A stretch of 64,000 nucleotides of DNA from Candidatus Latescibacterota bacterium (GTDB lineage: Bacteria > Latescibacterota > UBA2968 > UBA8231): contig CBDCSU010000006.1 of the NCBI GenBank assembly GCA_965221775.1, positions 224,001 to 288,000 of the forward strand. Direction: 5' to 3'. Under the pieces are notes generated by a model. That model had not been told where the DNA came from, ran no database searches, and saw only the letters and a list, made by a program, of their open reading frames with translations. Every line of letters begins with the position of its first letter. Position 1 is the first letter of the stretch. The translations under genes and the position numbers were made by a program. Below, one piece after another: positions 26,137-35,768 of the stretch.

Positions 26137-27863
26137 CAGCCCCCGGGCCGCACGGCGCTGCCGCCACCCTCCTGCTGTACCAGCGCTTTCAGGCTCTCTT
26201 CGTGGATCCTGACCCGGGGCTCGTACCGTTTCCGCAGCTGGCCCAGAAACCGGTGGAAGGCCGCATCGCGCTTGCGGCGCAGGACCAGCGCCCGGGCGCG
26301 GGTCTCGACCTCGGCGAAGGGCCGGGGGCCGGCTCCGAGGTTCGACTCGACGACCCTGAACACCGAGTGGCAGCGGTCTCCCGCCGCCCCGGGGGGGGAC
26401 GCCAACCGGGGGGCCGGCACCGCCACTTCGACGGGGCCCAGGAGGTCGCCCGGCGCGGCTCCCTGCGCGGCTTCGAAGAGGGCCTCGTGCGCTGCTCTCT
26501 CGTAGCCATGGAGGTGGAACCTGCCGCTGTCCGGGATGGCCCGGCGCCGCAGGGTGTGCTCCAAAGCCAGGAGCCGCAGATCCTCACCGCCCTCGATCCG
26601 GCGGCGCAGCGCTACCGCCTCCTCGCGTGTGGCCACCAGGACCTCGTCCAGCGTCAGGCTCTCCTGGGGGACGAAGAGCCGCGAGTTCTCGTGGTGGAAG
26701 CGCCGGGCCTCGGCCTCGTCCACGGCGACGTCGCGGGTCACCTCCTTCCGGATGACCCCGATCAGGCGTTCCTGTTCTCTGGCCTGGCGCCAGGCGGCCA
26801 TCTTCGGCTCGCGGTCGATGCCGGCCTCGCGGGCGGCCCTCACCGCCAGCGCGCGGGGAACCAGGACGGACTCGGCGAACCCCCGCAGCTGCCCGCGCAC
26901 ATCTCCGGAGAACCCCCGGTAGTTCTCGCGGGCCGAGTCGACGAACTCCCCCACCGTGATGGCGCCGCCGTCGAACTCGTAGAGCACCGTGGCGCGCTCC
27001 GCCCCGGAGAGCGCTCCGCCGCTCTCCAGACGCGCGGCGAGAAGCTCGAAACCGTCTTCCCGGGGACGCGCGTCCAGGGCCTCCCGCAGTTCCCGGCCCA
27101 GCTCCGTGGACCGGACGCGGGCCTTCTCCCGGTGGAGCCCGGCTTCCACCAGACGCCGCACCCGCTCGAGGGGGACCGTCACCTCCTCCACGACCTGGAA
27201 GACGCCGTAGGAGCCGCCCGGCAGGGGCAGCGGCTCGGAGATCTCACCCTCCCCGAGGGGATAGACCTTTTCCCGCATGACGGGCAGGGGCATCTGGTCC
27301 CTGGTGACGTACCCGGTGTACAGACCCCCCTGGGCCGCCGTCGGACCGTGGACGGAGCGCTGCCTCGCCAGCTCCTCGAAATCGGCGCCGCCCTCGAGGA
27401 GGCGCACGATCTCCTCGGCCTCTTCCCTGCTCCCCACATCGATCCGGCCGCACCTGACGGCGCGGTCTCGTCCGGTCTTCAGGTAGTGGTCGCGGACCTC
27501 CTGCTCCTCGAGGGTGATCTTCGCGTCCACCTCCCGGGCCAGGAACTCCTGCACCAGCCGCCGGGTCCATTCGCGCTCCAGCCCGCGGCGCATGTCGGGG
27601 TCGCGGTCCCATCCCCGCGCCGCCGCCTCCCGCAGGAGGATCTCCTTGTCGATCAGGGCCTGCAGATGCTGCCGCCGGCCTTCGATGCCCGCCTCCCTGG
27701 ACCTCAGGCTCTCGGCCAGGCGCTCCTCGTAGCGGCGCAGGTCGGATGCGTGGATGCGGGAGTCCCCCACCTCGGCCAGCACCGGGCCGCGGGGGTCTGC
27801 CCCGCAACCGGTCAGGACCGCCCCCGCGGCCAGGATCAGCGCCGGTCCGGCAGGTCTCATCAA
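26136..27863 (-). CDS. Parvulin/PpiC-type peptidyl-prolyl isomerase lipoprotein (SurA/PrsA-like, two rotamase regions)
   Basis: Lipobox LTGC, LQALIDKEILLREA, GADFEELARQRS...AAQGGL, GEISEPL; second EVLVATREEA...GEDLRLLA region. Confidence 0.85.
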   Translation of the reverse strand: MMRPAGPALILAAGAVLTGCGADPRGPVLAEVGDSRIHASDLRRYEERLAESLRSREAGIEGRRQHLQALIDKEILLREAAARGWDRDPDMRRGLEREWTRRLVQEFLAREVDAKITLEEQEVRDHYLKTGRDRAVRCGRIDVGSREEAEEIVRLLEGGADFEELARQRSVHGPTAAQGGLYTGYVTRDQMPLPVMREKVYPLGEGEISEPLPLPGGSYGVFQVVEEVTVPLERVRRLVEAGLHREKARVRSTELGRELREALDARPREDGFELLAARLESGGALSGAERATVLYEFDGGAITVGEFVDSARENYRGFSGDVRGQLRGFAESVLVPRALAVRAAREAGIDREPKMAAWRQAREQERLIGVIRKEVTRDVAVDEAEARRFHHENSRLFVPQESLTLDEVLVATREEAVALRRRIEGGEDLRLLALEHTLRRRAIPDSGRFHLHGYERAAHEALFEAAQGAAPGDLLGPVEVAVPAPRLASPPGAAGDRCHSVFRVVESNLGAGPRPFAEVETRARALVLRRKRDAAFHRFLGQLRKRYEPRVRIHEESLKALVQQEGGGSAVRPGG

Positions 27864-30763
27864 TCCCTCAATCCTGTGTAGACGGTGAAAAAGGACAGGG
27901 CGCTGGTATCCGAACGGTCCTTGCCGGCGAAGGTGTCGATCTTCCGTCTGTCCACGCGAATCCCCAGGGTGGCCATCAGTCTGTATCCCAGGTAGGTGCT
28001 CGCATTGGCCAGCTGCAAGGCGAGGGACAGCTCATCGAAGTCCCCCGTGGCATCGCCCGGATTCAGGCCCGCCACGGGATCCTCGTCGAAGGCGACCTCC
28101 CGCTGGGCGAAGTCGCGGAACACGACCTGTTCCAGGCCGACGATCACCGTGCTGTGGCTCAGCACCGGGATGTCCAGCCGCAGGGAGGCGATGCCGGCCC
28201 ACTCCCGGCGCTCGAAGACCCGGTCGTTCAGGAGCCACTCCGTGTTGAAGGGGGTATCGTCGACGAACAGCTCGTGCTTGAAGCGCGGACGCAGCTGGAT
28301 GCCGCGGCCCAGGGGATGGAGCCAGTCGAGCTTGTTGATCAGACCGAGGCGCCGGGTGTGCCTCGGGATCTTCCGCCCCCCCCGGTCCACGGTGACTTCC
28401 TGCCGCTGCCGCAGCACCTCGTGGATCAGCCGGCTCTCGGAGTTGATGCCGCTGTCGCCGAGGCGCTCGAAGCCGAGGGACAGCTTGTTGACCCAGGTGT
28501 CCGGCAGGCCCAGCGGGTCCGGGACCGGGGTCATGCCCGCGGCCCGGAACCGCCCGTGGAGCCACTGGACCAGGTCGTCCGGGATGTCGTCCTCGACCCG
28601 CTTCAGCATGTCGTACACCGTCACCTCGCCGACGCCGGGCCAGCTGCGCTCGAAGGCGAGCAGGGCATAGCTGGTGACGTTCGTCTCGCCCGTGGAGGGG
28701 CGGCGCTGCCGCTGGTGGCCCGCGGTGATCCTGGCGCCCGGCAGGATCCACGCTCCGCCGTAGACGTTGTATCCGCGGCGGTCCCGCGGGTACGGGTAGT
28801 CGGGTTCGTCGTCGTTCTCGAAACGGTCCCCCCAGCCGTTGTTGTTCATGTCCAGGCCGAAGAGATACTCGGGCCGGTCGACGCCGTAGCGCAGGAAGGG
28901 CTCGGCGTAGTCGGGGATGTCGTTGGGCCGCTCGCGGGTGTCGTTCTGGTTGAAATCGGAGATGAAGTCGTTGTTCTCGTCGAGGCCGGGAAAGACCGCC
29001 TCGTCGGCGTAGCCCTCGAACCCGCGCACCACGCCCAGGCCCCGCTCCCCTGCCGTGCGGCCGTCGTCGAAGATGCGCTTCTGGTCGTTCTTGCGGTCGT
29101 TGTCGTCGTTGTCGTCCACCAGGTCGTAGAGGTAGCGGGAATGGGCCCGGGGCGTGTCCGAGTAGTCGACGCGCCCCGCCGTGTCCAGGAACCGCATGGA
29201 GGTCGAGTACTCGGCGTCCATGCCGAAGGCCTCGCCGAAGAGGTAGTACGGGTAGAAGTCCCTGGCCACGTTGACCATCCACCCTTCGGCGTAGGGATCG
29301 CCCCCGATGCCGGACGAGGTGGTGTGGCTGGCGCGGCTCACGTCGGGGTACTTGCGGTAGCGGTGGTTCACGTTGAACTCGCCGTAGAGCCGGAACCCGG
29401 CCAGGTCGTCGGCCTCCACCGTGAAGCCGAGGACCTGGGTGGCCGTGGGCAGTCCGTAGTCGAAGACCACGGAGCCCAGGTTGGAATGGTCCTGCACGTT
29501 CCCCGGCGCCCGCGCCAGGGTGCGGAAGACCGGACGCGGGTCGAAGAGGGCGTTGTCGGTCTGCTGGTCGGAGGTGACCTCGACCTTGTAGTCGTTGCTC
29601 AGGACCATCCGGAAGCGGACCCTGCGGATGTTGTTCACCACGTCGGCCAGGGGCACCACCGTCTCCAGATCGTCGAGGACGGCCGGGTCCGGATCGGCGA
29701 GGACGTATTCCAGCCGGATCCGCCCCGGGTCGCCGGCGCCTTCGGCTGCCAGGAAGCCGTCCCGGGCGACACCTCCCGAAACCCTCGGGTGGAAGCCGAT
29801 CCGGCTGCCCACCAGCACCGTGTCCAGCTCCCCGATCCGGGTGGTGATCTCGATGTCGTGGGCGAAGAGGGCGGGACCCGCCTCGCCGTCGGCCGGGGAG
29901 TCGTCGGTGATCTGCACCGTGATCCGGTTGATGCGCGCCCCCGCCTGGTGGGAGCTCAGCCTCCCGGTGTAGGGACTGCCGTCGAAAGGCCGGGTCGAGC
30001 TGCGCCCGTTGTGGGCGTTCACGAAGGTCCCCCCCAGGCGCACGAAGTCGGTTGCGTTCCACACCGCCCGGAGACCGGCGAGGGTGGTGAACTCGTCGAC
30101 GAAACTGGCCCTCGGCTCCACCAGCGGGACGTTGACCCGGGAGATGAGGGCCGTGGCCGAGCCGACATCGGACATGTAGTCGAACTGGACCCCGTTGAAG
30201 GCCGTCTTGCGGAAGGTCATGGGCGTCAGGGTCGTGCGGATCTCGTCGCCCACGGTGACCCGGAAGTAGTGCTGCCCCTTGGTGTCGGAAGAGACCACGA
30301 GGGAGCCGAGGAGGTCCTTGTACTCACCCGTCTTGTGGAGCAGGTTCCCTTCGGACGTCCGCGGCCGGCTCTGCTGCCAGTCGTAGATCAGCCAGCCGCG
30401 GGTGAGGAGCCTGCCGTAGAGATCGTACTGATGGTCGCCCTCCTGATCGGTGGCCAGGTACCGCAGGTAGCGCTGGCGGGCGTAGTTGGTCTCCTCCCAG
30501 CGCCAGCGGTACTGGTTGGCGGTCGGCCGCGGCCTGTACCACTTCTTCAGAGAGGGATCGAAGATCGACCCGTCGACGCTGGGAGCCGCCGGGTAGTAGC
30601 TCACCCGGCCGCCCTCGCGGAGGCCGAGGCGGTTCCCGTAGTCCCAGCGGGCGGCGGCGGGGCCGGCGCCCAGAATCACCGCGAGGGCGGCGACGACGAG
30701 GATCGGCCAGCGGCCGGCGGCCGGGCCGGGCCGCACCGTGCGCGCTCCGGGAACCTCGGACAT
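27860..30763 (-). CDS. Large secreted protein of unknown function (~967 aa), Asp-rich loops, beta-strand-rich; paralog 2
   Basis: Signal peptide ending GPAAA; paralogous to 30763-33561 (YDLYG..LTRGWL..DW, TLTP.TF.K..FNG.Q.D, FPG.DENNDF.SDFNQND). Start re-assigned to ATG 30763. Confidence 0.75.
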   Translation of the reverse strand: MSEVPGARTVRPGPAAGRWPILVVAALAVILGAGPAAARWDYGNRLGLREGGRVSYYPAAPSVDGSIFDPSLKKWYRPRPTANQYRWRWEETNYARQRYLRYLATDQEGDHQYDLYGRLLTRGWLIYDWQQSRPRTSEGNLLHKTGEYKDLLGSLVVSSDTKGQHYFRVTVGDEIRTTLTPMTFRKTAFNGVQFDYMSDVGSATALISRVNVPLVEPRASFVDEFTTLAGLRAVWNATDFVRLGGTFVNAHNGRSSTRPFDGSPYTGRLSSHQAGARINRITVQITDDSPADGEAGPALFAHDIEITTRIGELDTVLVGSRIGFHPRVSGGVARDGFLAAEGAGDPGRIRLEYVLADPDPAVLDDLETVVPLADVVNNIRRVRFRMVLSNDYKVEVTSDQQTDNALFDPRPVFRTLARAPGNVQDHSNLGSVVFDYGLPTATQVLGFTVEADDLAGFRLYGEFNVNHRYRKYPDVSRASHTTSSGIGGDPYAEGWMVNVARDFYPYYLFGEAFGMDAEYSTSMRFLDTAGRVDYSDTPRAHSRYLYDLVDDNDDNDRKNDQKRIFDDGRTAGERGLGVVRGFEGYADEAVFPGLDENNDFISDFNQNDTRERPNDIPDYAEPFLRYGVDRPEYLFGLDMNNNGWGDRFENDDEPDYPYPRDRRGYNVYGGAWILPGARITAGHQRQRRPSTGETNVTSYALLAFERSWPGVGEVTVYDMLKRVEDDIPDDLVQWLHGRFRAAGMTPVPDPLGLPDTWVNKLSLGFERLGDSGINSESRLIHEVLRQRQEVTVDRGGRKIPRHTRRLGLINKLDWLHPLGRGIQLRPRFKHELFVDDTPFNTEWLLNDRVFERREWAGIASLRLDIPVLSHSTVIVGLEQVVFRDFAQREVAFDEDPVAGLNPGDATGDFDELSLALQLANASTYLGYRLMATLGIRVDRRKIDTFAGKDRSDTSALSFFTVYTGLRD

Positions 30764-33561
30764 CAGAGTCCGGCGTTTATGGTGATGAAGGTGGTGCTCA
30801 GCTCGCGCCCCCGGTCTTCCTTCACCGAGGCTCCCTGGCCGCCGGCGGTGATGAACTCGTCCCAGGCCCGGGTGTACATGATGCCGAACCGGGTGATCAG
30901 CGTGTATCCCTGGTAATCGCCGACGGTGGACCACTGGGCGGCCAGCACCAGGCTGCGGGAGTCGCCCGTGGCCCCCACCCGGTTGGCGGCGAGGGCCCCC
31001 TTCTCGTCGAGCATCAGGTCGGCAACGCGGTGGTACTCCAGCCCCGCCTCCAGGGAGGAGGCGCCCAACATGGGATGCCGCAGCAGCAGGATGCCCGTTC
31101 CCGTCCACTCCCGGCGCCCGTCTCCGTCGAGAATGAAGGGCGTCTGGTTCAGGTACTCGCTCTTGATCCGGGGCTGCACCTCCAGGCTGCCGGCGCGCCA
31201 GGTGCCATCCGCCTTGTTGATGAACCCGAAGAAATGGGTGCGGTCCTCCAGCAAGGGGCCGACCCCGCGTTCGTGAGCGTCTCCCTGCCGGGCGTACAGG
31301 TCGTACTTCAGTTTGGCCGTCGTCTTCAGCTCACCCGGAAGGCGGTAGTTCAGCTCCAGGTAGGTCGAGTTCACCCAGGCATCGCGCGCCGGGAGCAGGT
31401 CCTCGACTCTGGCCAGGTTGCCGGGGGCGAGACCGAGGTAGGGAGTCATCTCCCGGCGGTCGTCGGGGATGGTGTCCCGGGCCCGCTTGAGCATGTCGTA
31501 GACCCGGACCCTGCCGAAGCGCGGGTCGTCGTGGGTGAAGGTGACCAGTCCGTACGTCGTGTGGTTTCTCCGGTCCGAGGAGAGGGAGTTGACCCGCATG
31601 CGCCCCAAGGTGGCCTTGATGCCGGGGGTCAGGAAGAGGCCGCCGTAGACGTTGTACCCCCGCTGGTCCCTCTTGTAGGGGTAGTCGGCGAGATCGTCGT
31701 TCTCGAAGCGGTCTACCCAGTCGTTGTTGTTCAGGTCGATGCCGAAGAGGAACTCGGGCCGGTCCGAGTGGTAGCGGAAGAACGGCTCCTCGTAGTCGGG
31801 GATGCGGTTGGCCAGGATGTTGCTGTCGTTCTGATTGAAGTCCGACACGAAATCGTTGTTTTCGTCCCATCCCGGGAAGACGTTGGCATCGCCGGAGCCC
31901 TGCTGCCACCGGCTCCAGTCGGGGAAGCGGTCCTGGTCGTCATTGTCCTCGACGAACTCGTAGAGGTGCCGCGTCGTATGGTCGTAGAGGACGTCCCCTT
32001 CGCCGTCCACGAGGTACGCCGTGGTGGAGTAGTCGGGATCGAGGCTGAAGGCTTCTCCGAAGGCGAAGAACGGCCAGGCCACCTTCGACACGTTGACCAT
32101 CCATGCCTCCGCATCCCTGGAGTGGCCCGACAGGGCGCGGTCCGCCTGGGCCAGGCCGGGGCTGGGGAACTGGTGCCAGGACCGGCTCATGGCCAGCTCG
32201 GCATAGGCGTCGAAGCCCATCACCTCCTTCACGTCGACGGTGAACCCGTAGACCATGTTCGCCGTGGGCAGGCCGTACTCGAAGACCAGCCGGGTCTGGT
32301 TCGAGTTGTCCGACACGTTGCCCTCGGCCCGTGCCACTTCGAAGAGCGCCGGCGCGAGGTCGTCGATATCCTCGCCGCTGAGGGGCAGGCCGGGCGTGGG
32401 GCGCAGTCCGGTCTGACGGTCGGACCAGACCTGGATGCGGTAGTCGTTGGCCACCACCAGCTCGAAGGTGATCTTGGTGATCGCGCCCGGCCGCGGCCCG
32501 GTGTAGGAGATGTCGTTGAGGTCGTAGCTGATGACGATCTTCTCGTCCCCGTCGGCGCTCTGGAAACCCTCGTGGTGGAACCCGCCGCTGACCACGGGCC
32601 ACCTGGCCGGATCGGTCACCATCGCCCGCTGGCGGATCTCCTCCCGCCTCCCGGTGGCCGGGTCCTCCGTGGTGACGATGATCTCGTGCGAGAACAGGGC
32701 GGCGCCGGCGACGCCGTCTTCCGGTGAATCGTCGCTCAGGACAAGGGCCAGGCCGCGCACCGGGACCGCCCCCTGGTTGGCAGCCAGCGCGCCTTTGAGG
32801 GGGTTGCGCTCGAAAGCGTCCTCGAAGGTCTGGGAGTTGTGGGCGTTGACCAGGGTCGCTCCCACCTGCACGAAGTCCCCGACCTCGGCCACCACCCGCC
32901 CCCCCATCAGGTTGGTGGCGTTGGTCACCGTCGTCGGCTCCCTCGAGGACGTGGTGCTCGCCACGGGGGAGCTGATCCGCGAGAACAGCAGGGTGCCGCG
33001 GTACTTGTCCGTGGCCAGGTCCATCTGTATGCCGTTGAAGATCGGCTTGGAGAAGGTGAGCGGCGTCAACGCCGTGCGGATCTGGTTGCCGGCGGTGATG
33101 GCGTAGTGGAACTGGCCCCTGGAGTCGGAACTCACGAGAACGCTGCTGAACCAGCCGGCGAACCTGGGATCCTTGTAGAGGGAGGAACCGAACTGGCCGG
33201 GCTGGCTCTGGTTCCAGTCCCAGACCAGCCAGCCCCGGGTCAGGTAGTTGCCGTAGAGATCGTAGAACGGGTCGCCCTCGCGGTCGGTGGCCACGTACCC
33301 CTGGTAATGGGAGCGGGCATAGTTGGAATACTCCCACTGCTTCCAGCCGTACAGCTCGTACAGCTCCTGCGGCACGTACCACTTCTTGAGGGCCGGGTCC
33401 AGGGCGTCGAAGATGACCCCGGGGCCCCTGGGTTCATAGGTGATCTCCCCGCCTCGCCGCACTCCGAGACGCCGGCCGGTCTGACCGAACAGATCGGATG
33501 CCTGCATCGTGGCGAGGAGCACCACGAGACTCAGCGCCGCCGCCGTCCTGCCGGTCGTCAA
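30763..33561 (-). CDS. Large secreted protein of unknown function (932 aa), Asp-rich loops, beta-strand-rich; paralog 1
   Basis: Signal peptide; same conserved blocks as 27860-30763; TGATG coupling with the next gene. Confidence 0.75.
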   Translation of the reverse strand: MTTGRTAAALSLVVLLATMQASDLFGQTGRRLGVRRGGEITYEPRGPGVIFDALDPALKKWYVPQELYELYGWKQWEYSNYARSHYQGYVATDREGDPFYDLYGNYLTRGWLVWDWNQSQPGQFGSSLYKDPRFAGWFSSVLVSSDSRGQFHYAITAGNQIRTALTPLTFSKPIFNGIQMDLATDKYRGTLLFSRISSPVASTTSSREPTTVTNATNLMGGRVVAEVGDFVQVGATLVNAHNSQTFEDAFERNPLKGALAANQGAVPVRGLALVLSDDSPEDGVAGAALFSHEIIVTTEDPATGRREEIRQRAMVTDPARWPVVSGGFHHEGFQSADGDEKIVISYDLNDISYTGPRPGAITKITFELVVANDYRIQVWSDRQTGLRPTPGLPLSGEDIDDLAPALFEVARAEGNVSDNSNQTRLVFEYGLPTANMVYGFTVDVKEVMGFDAYAELAMSRSWHQFPSPGLAQADRALSGHSRDAEAWMVNVSKVAWPFFAFGEAFSLDPDYSTTAYLVDGEGDVLYDHTTRHLYEFVEDNDDQDRFPDWSRWQQGSGDANVFPGWDENNDFVSDFNQNDSNILANRIPDYEEPFFRYHSDRPEFLFGIDLNNNDWVDRFENDDLADYPYKRDQRGYNVYGGLFLTPGIKATLGRMRVNSLSSDRRNHTTYGLVTFTHDDPRFGRVRVYDMLKRARDTIPDDRREMTPYLGLAPGNLARVEDLLPARDAWVNSTYLELNYRLPGELKTTAKLKYDLYARQGDAHERGVGPLLEDRTHFFGFINKADGTWRAGSLEVQPRIKSEYLNQTPFILDGDGRREWTGTGILLLRHPMLGASSLEAGLEYHRVADLMLDEKGALAANRVGATGDSRSLVLAAQWSTVGDYQGYTLITRFGIMYTRAWDEFITAGGQGASVKEDRGRELSTTFITINAGL

Positions 33562-33576
33562 CGTCGACCCCCTCTC

Positions 33577-35754
33577 TCAGTATGCCACTTCGACGGCGGC
33601 GGCCGCCGTCTCGACGCTGGCGGCGCTGTTCACCGCCACGTGAGCCAGGTAGATCCCGGGCGGCACCTGGGCGCCGCCGCCGTCGGTTCCGTCCCAGGGG
33701 ATCGACCAGTGTCCGCCCGGCTGGTCGCCGCTGAAGAGGCGGCGGACGACGCGCCCCGTCAGGTCGAGGATCCTCACCTCCACGGCCACCGGACCGATGA
33801 CGCGGGACAGGTCGTAGGAGATGCGGGTCCCGTCGTTGACCCCGTCGCCGTTGGGGCTGAAGGGCCGCGGCCACACCCGGGCGTTGATCAGGACGCCGCC
33901 GCCGGCGAGGGGAACGTCGACCGAGAGGATCCGCGGGTCCGCCGTGCCCAGGGGAGGAAAGGCGGGGTCCCCGGGGCCGAGGTGGGCGGCGTTTCCGGCG
34001 ACGACCTTCTGGCCGGCCCCCCCGGCCCCGGCGCGGCCGGCCCACCCGGGGAAGGTCGTCCCGTAGCGGAGGACGCGGCAGCGGAAGCGGATCGTCAGGA
34101 CGGCGGTCTCGCCGGCCTCCAGGTCGCTGGCCGTGATCGCCGGGAAGCGCACCCGGAAGCGCCGTTCCTCCACCGCCTCGATGCCGAAGTCGGCGGCCGG
34201 ATCGGTGGGCAGGGCCGTCGAGGCCAGGTCCCGGCCGGAGAAGTCCGCCGACTCGGTGCGGCCGTCGTGGAACAGGACCTGCACCGTCTCGATCGCTTCG
34301 ACGCGGACCGGCGTGGCGATCTCGAAGGTGTCGAAGCCGCTGTCCCGGCCCGGCCGTATGCGGGTGGGCATGACCGCGTAGGTGAAGGTCTCGGCCACGG
34401 CCAGCCCGGCCTGACGGGGGTAGATCTCGCCGACGATCCGCTCCGCCGCCGGGGGATGGACCGTGAACGCCAGCTGCCCGATGCCGGTGGCTGCCTCCAG
34501 GTCCCGGCTCATCAGCTCGACCCGGACCTGGAAATAGCGCCGCGGGCCCGGAGTGGTGATCGGCGCCCCGAGCCGCTCGTCATCGATGTTCCCGGCGGTG
34601 ATGCCGCGGGTGCCTTCCGGCCCGTAGGGAGCCGACCACGGGGTCCAGGCGTCCGGATCGGCGCGGATCTCTCCCCGGGGGTTCAGTCCGAGATAGTCCT
34701 CCAGGGTCAGGGCCCACCGGTTCTTCTCCGCCAACGGCAGGGCCCGGTAGGCGCGCAGCGCCTCGAGGGGGTCGAGATCGTCCAGGGCGATCTCCTCTCC
34801 CCCGGCCGTGGCGGCGACCGCGCCCTGCTTCCAAGGGAGGTTCACCGAACCATCGGGACTCGGGCGGGTGAACTCCAGGGGCGTGTCGTCGTGCCCGGCG
34901 CGGGTGGTGATGCGGGCCTGCGACAGCCCCTCGGGGCCCAGGGTTTCCTCGATCCACCGGATCCTGCCCCACACCCCCCAGCGGGTCCCCAAGTCGAATA
35001 CGTTGGAGATGTACCGGGCCTCGGGCACGAACCCCGCCCCATAGACCTGGAACTCGGCGATTTCGTAGCCGACGACCGTCTGCGACTTCAGCCGCAGGAA
35101 GCGCAGGTACTGAGGCGGGATCCGCAGGTCGACCACGGGCCGGTCGTTCTGCAGCTCCAGCTTGAAGGTGGTCAGCACCGGCCGGCCGGACTCGTCCCTG
35201 GAACTCTCGCTGCCGTCGTTGACCAGAAGCTCGTAGGCGCGCAGATAGTCATTCTGGAAGGGAAAGCCGGGGGCCTCGAATCCCGGGGCGTTCCTCGGAA
35301 AGAACCGGACCCGGTTCACCCCGAAGCGCGCCCCCAGGTCGACGTCGAACATGGCCCCGAAGGCGAGGACCTGCGGCCCCCCGGGTTCGCCCTTCTGGCT
35401 GAAAGCGGTCTCGACATCCCCGTCCACCATCAGGAGCAGTTCCTCGTCGATGCCCTCCGTGAGGATGTTCGGCGAGGTCAGGGCGGCTTCGGCGGCGATA
35501 TTCCTCGTGGAGTCGGCTTTCTGCGGGAAGATCCAGCCCGGCCGGCCGGGAAAGTCGAAGTCCACCACGTCGCCCGGAGTGGTGGTGACCGCCGCCCCGT
35601 CGACGCCGGTCTCCACCGCCGCCGGGATCTCTCCGCCGCCGCCGCTCCAGGGGCGGTCGCCGGCGCCGCCCACGGTCCGGCTCTCGGCCGCCAGGTTCGG
35701 GGCCACCAGGCAGCATGCCGCGGCCGTGGCCAGGCCGAGGCTGATCTTCCGCAC
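33577..35754 (-). CDS. Secreted protein with discoidin-like region and C-terminal FlgD-Ig/CHU_C-like domain (paralog 3)
   Basis: Signal peptide from GTG 35754; PRPFSPNGDGVND...ILDLTGRVVR...WDGTD...VPPGIYL...VEVAY. Confidence 0.78.
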   Translation of the reverse strand: MRKISLGLATAAACCLVAPNLAAESRTVGGAGDRPWSGGGGEIPAAVETGVDGAAVTTTPGDVVDFDFPGRPGWIFPQKADSTRNIAAEAALTSPNILTEGIDEELLLMVDGDVETAFSQKGEPGGPQVLAFGAMFDVDLGARFGVNRVRFFPRNAPGFEAPGFPFQNDYLRAYELLVNDGSESSRDESGRPVLTTFKLELQNDRPVVDLRIPPQYLRFLRLKSQTVVGYEIAEFQVYGAGFVPEARYISNVFDLGTRWGVWGRIRWIEETLGPEGLSQARITTRAGHDDTPLEFTRPSPDGSVNLPWKQGAVAATAGGEEIALDDLDPLEALRAYRALPLAEKNRWALTLEDYLGLNPRGEIRADPDAWTPWSAPYGPEGTRGITAGNIDDERLGAPITTPGPRRYFQVRVELMSRDLEAATGIGQLAFTVHPPAAERIVGEIYPRQAGLAVAETFTYAVMPTRIRPGRDSGFDTFEIATPVRVEAIETVQVLFHDGRTESADFSGRDLASTALPTDPAADFGIEAVEERRFRVRFPAITASDLEAGETAVLTIRFRCRVLRYGTTFPGWAGRAGAGGAGQKVVAGNAAHLGPGDPAFPPLGTADPRILSVDVPLAGGGVLINARVWPRPFSPNGDGVNDGTRISYDLSRVIGPVAVEVRILDLTGRVVRRLFSGDQPGGHWSIPWDGTDGGGAQVPPGIYLAHVAVNSAASVETAAAAVEVAY

Positions 35755-35768
35755 TCCCCCTCGACGGC

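Noticed and set aside
21674-26167. Apparent 2208-aa protein 19541..26167
   Set aside because: The first ~1500 aa are Arg/Pro/Gly-rich off-frame translation over the real 21745..26136 gene; only the last ~710 aa match the DUF6785-like paralog.
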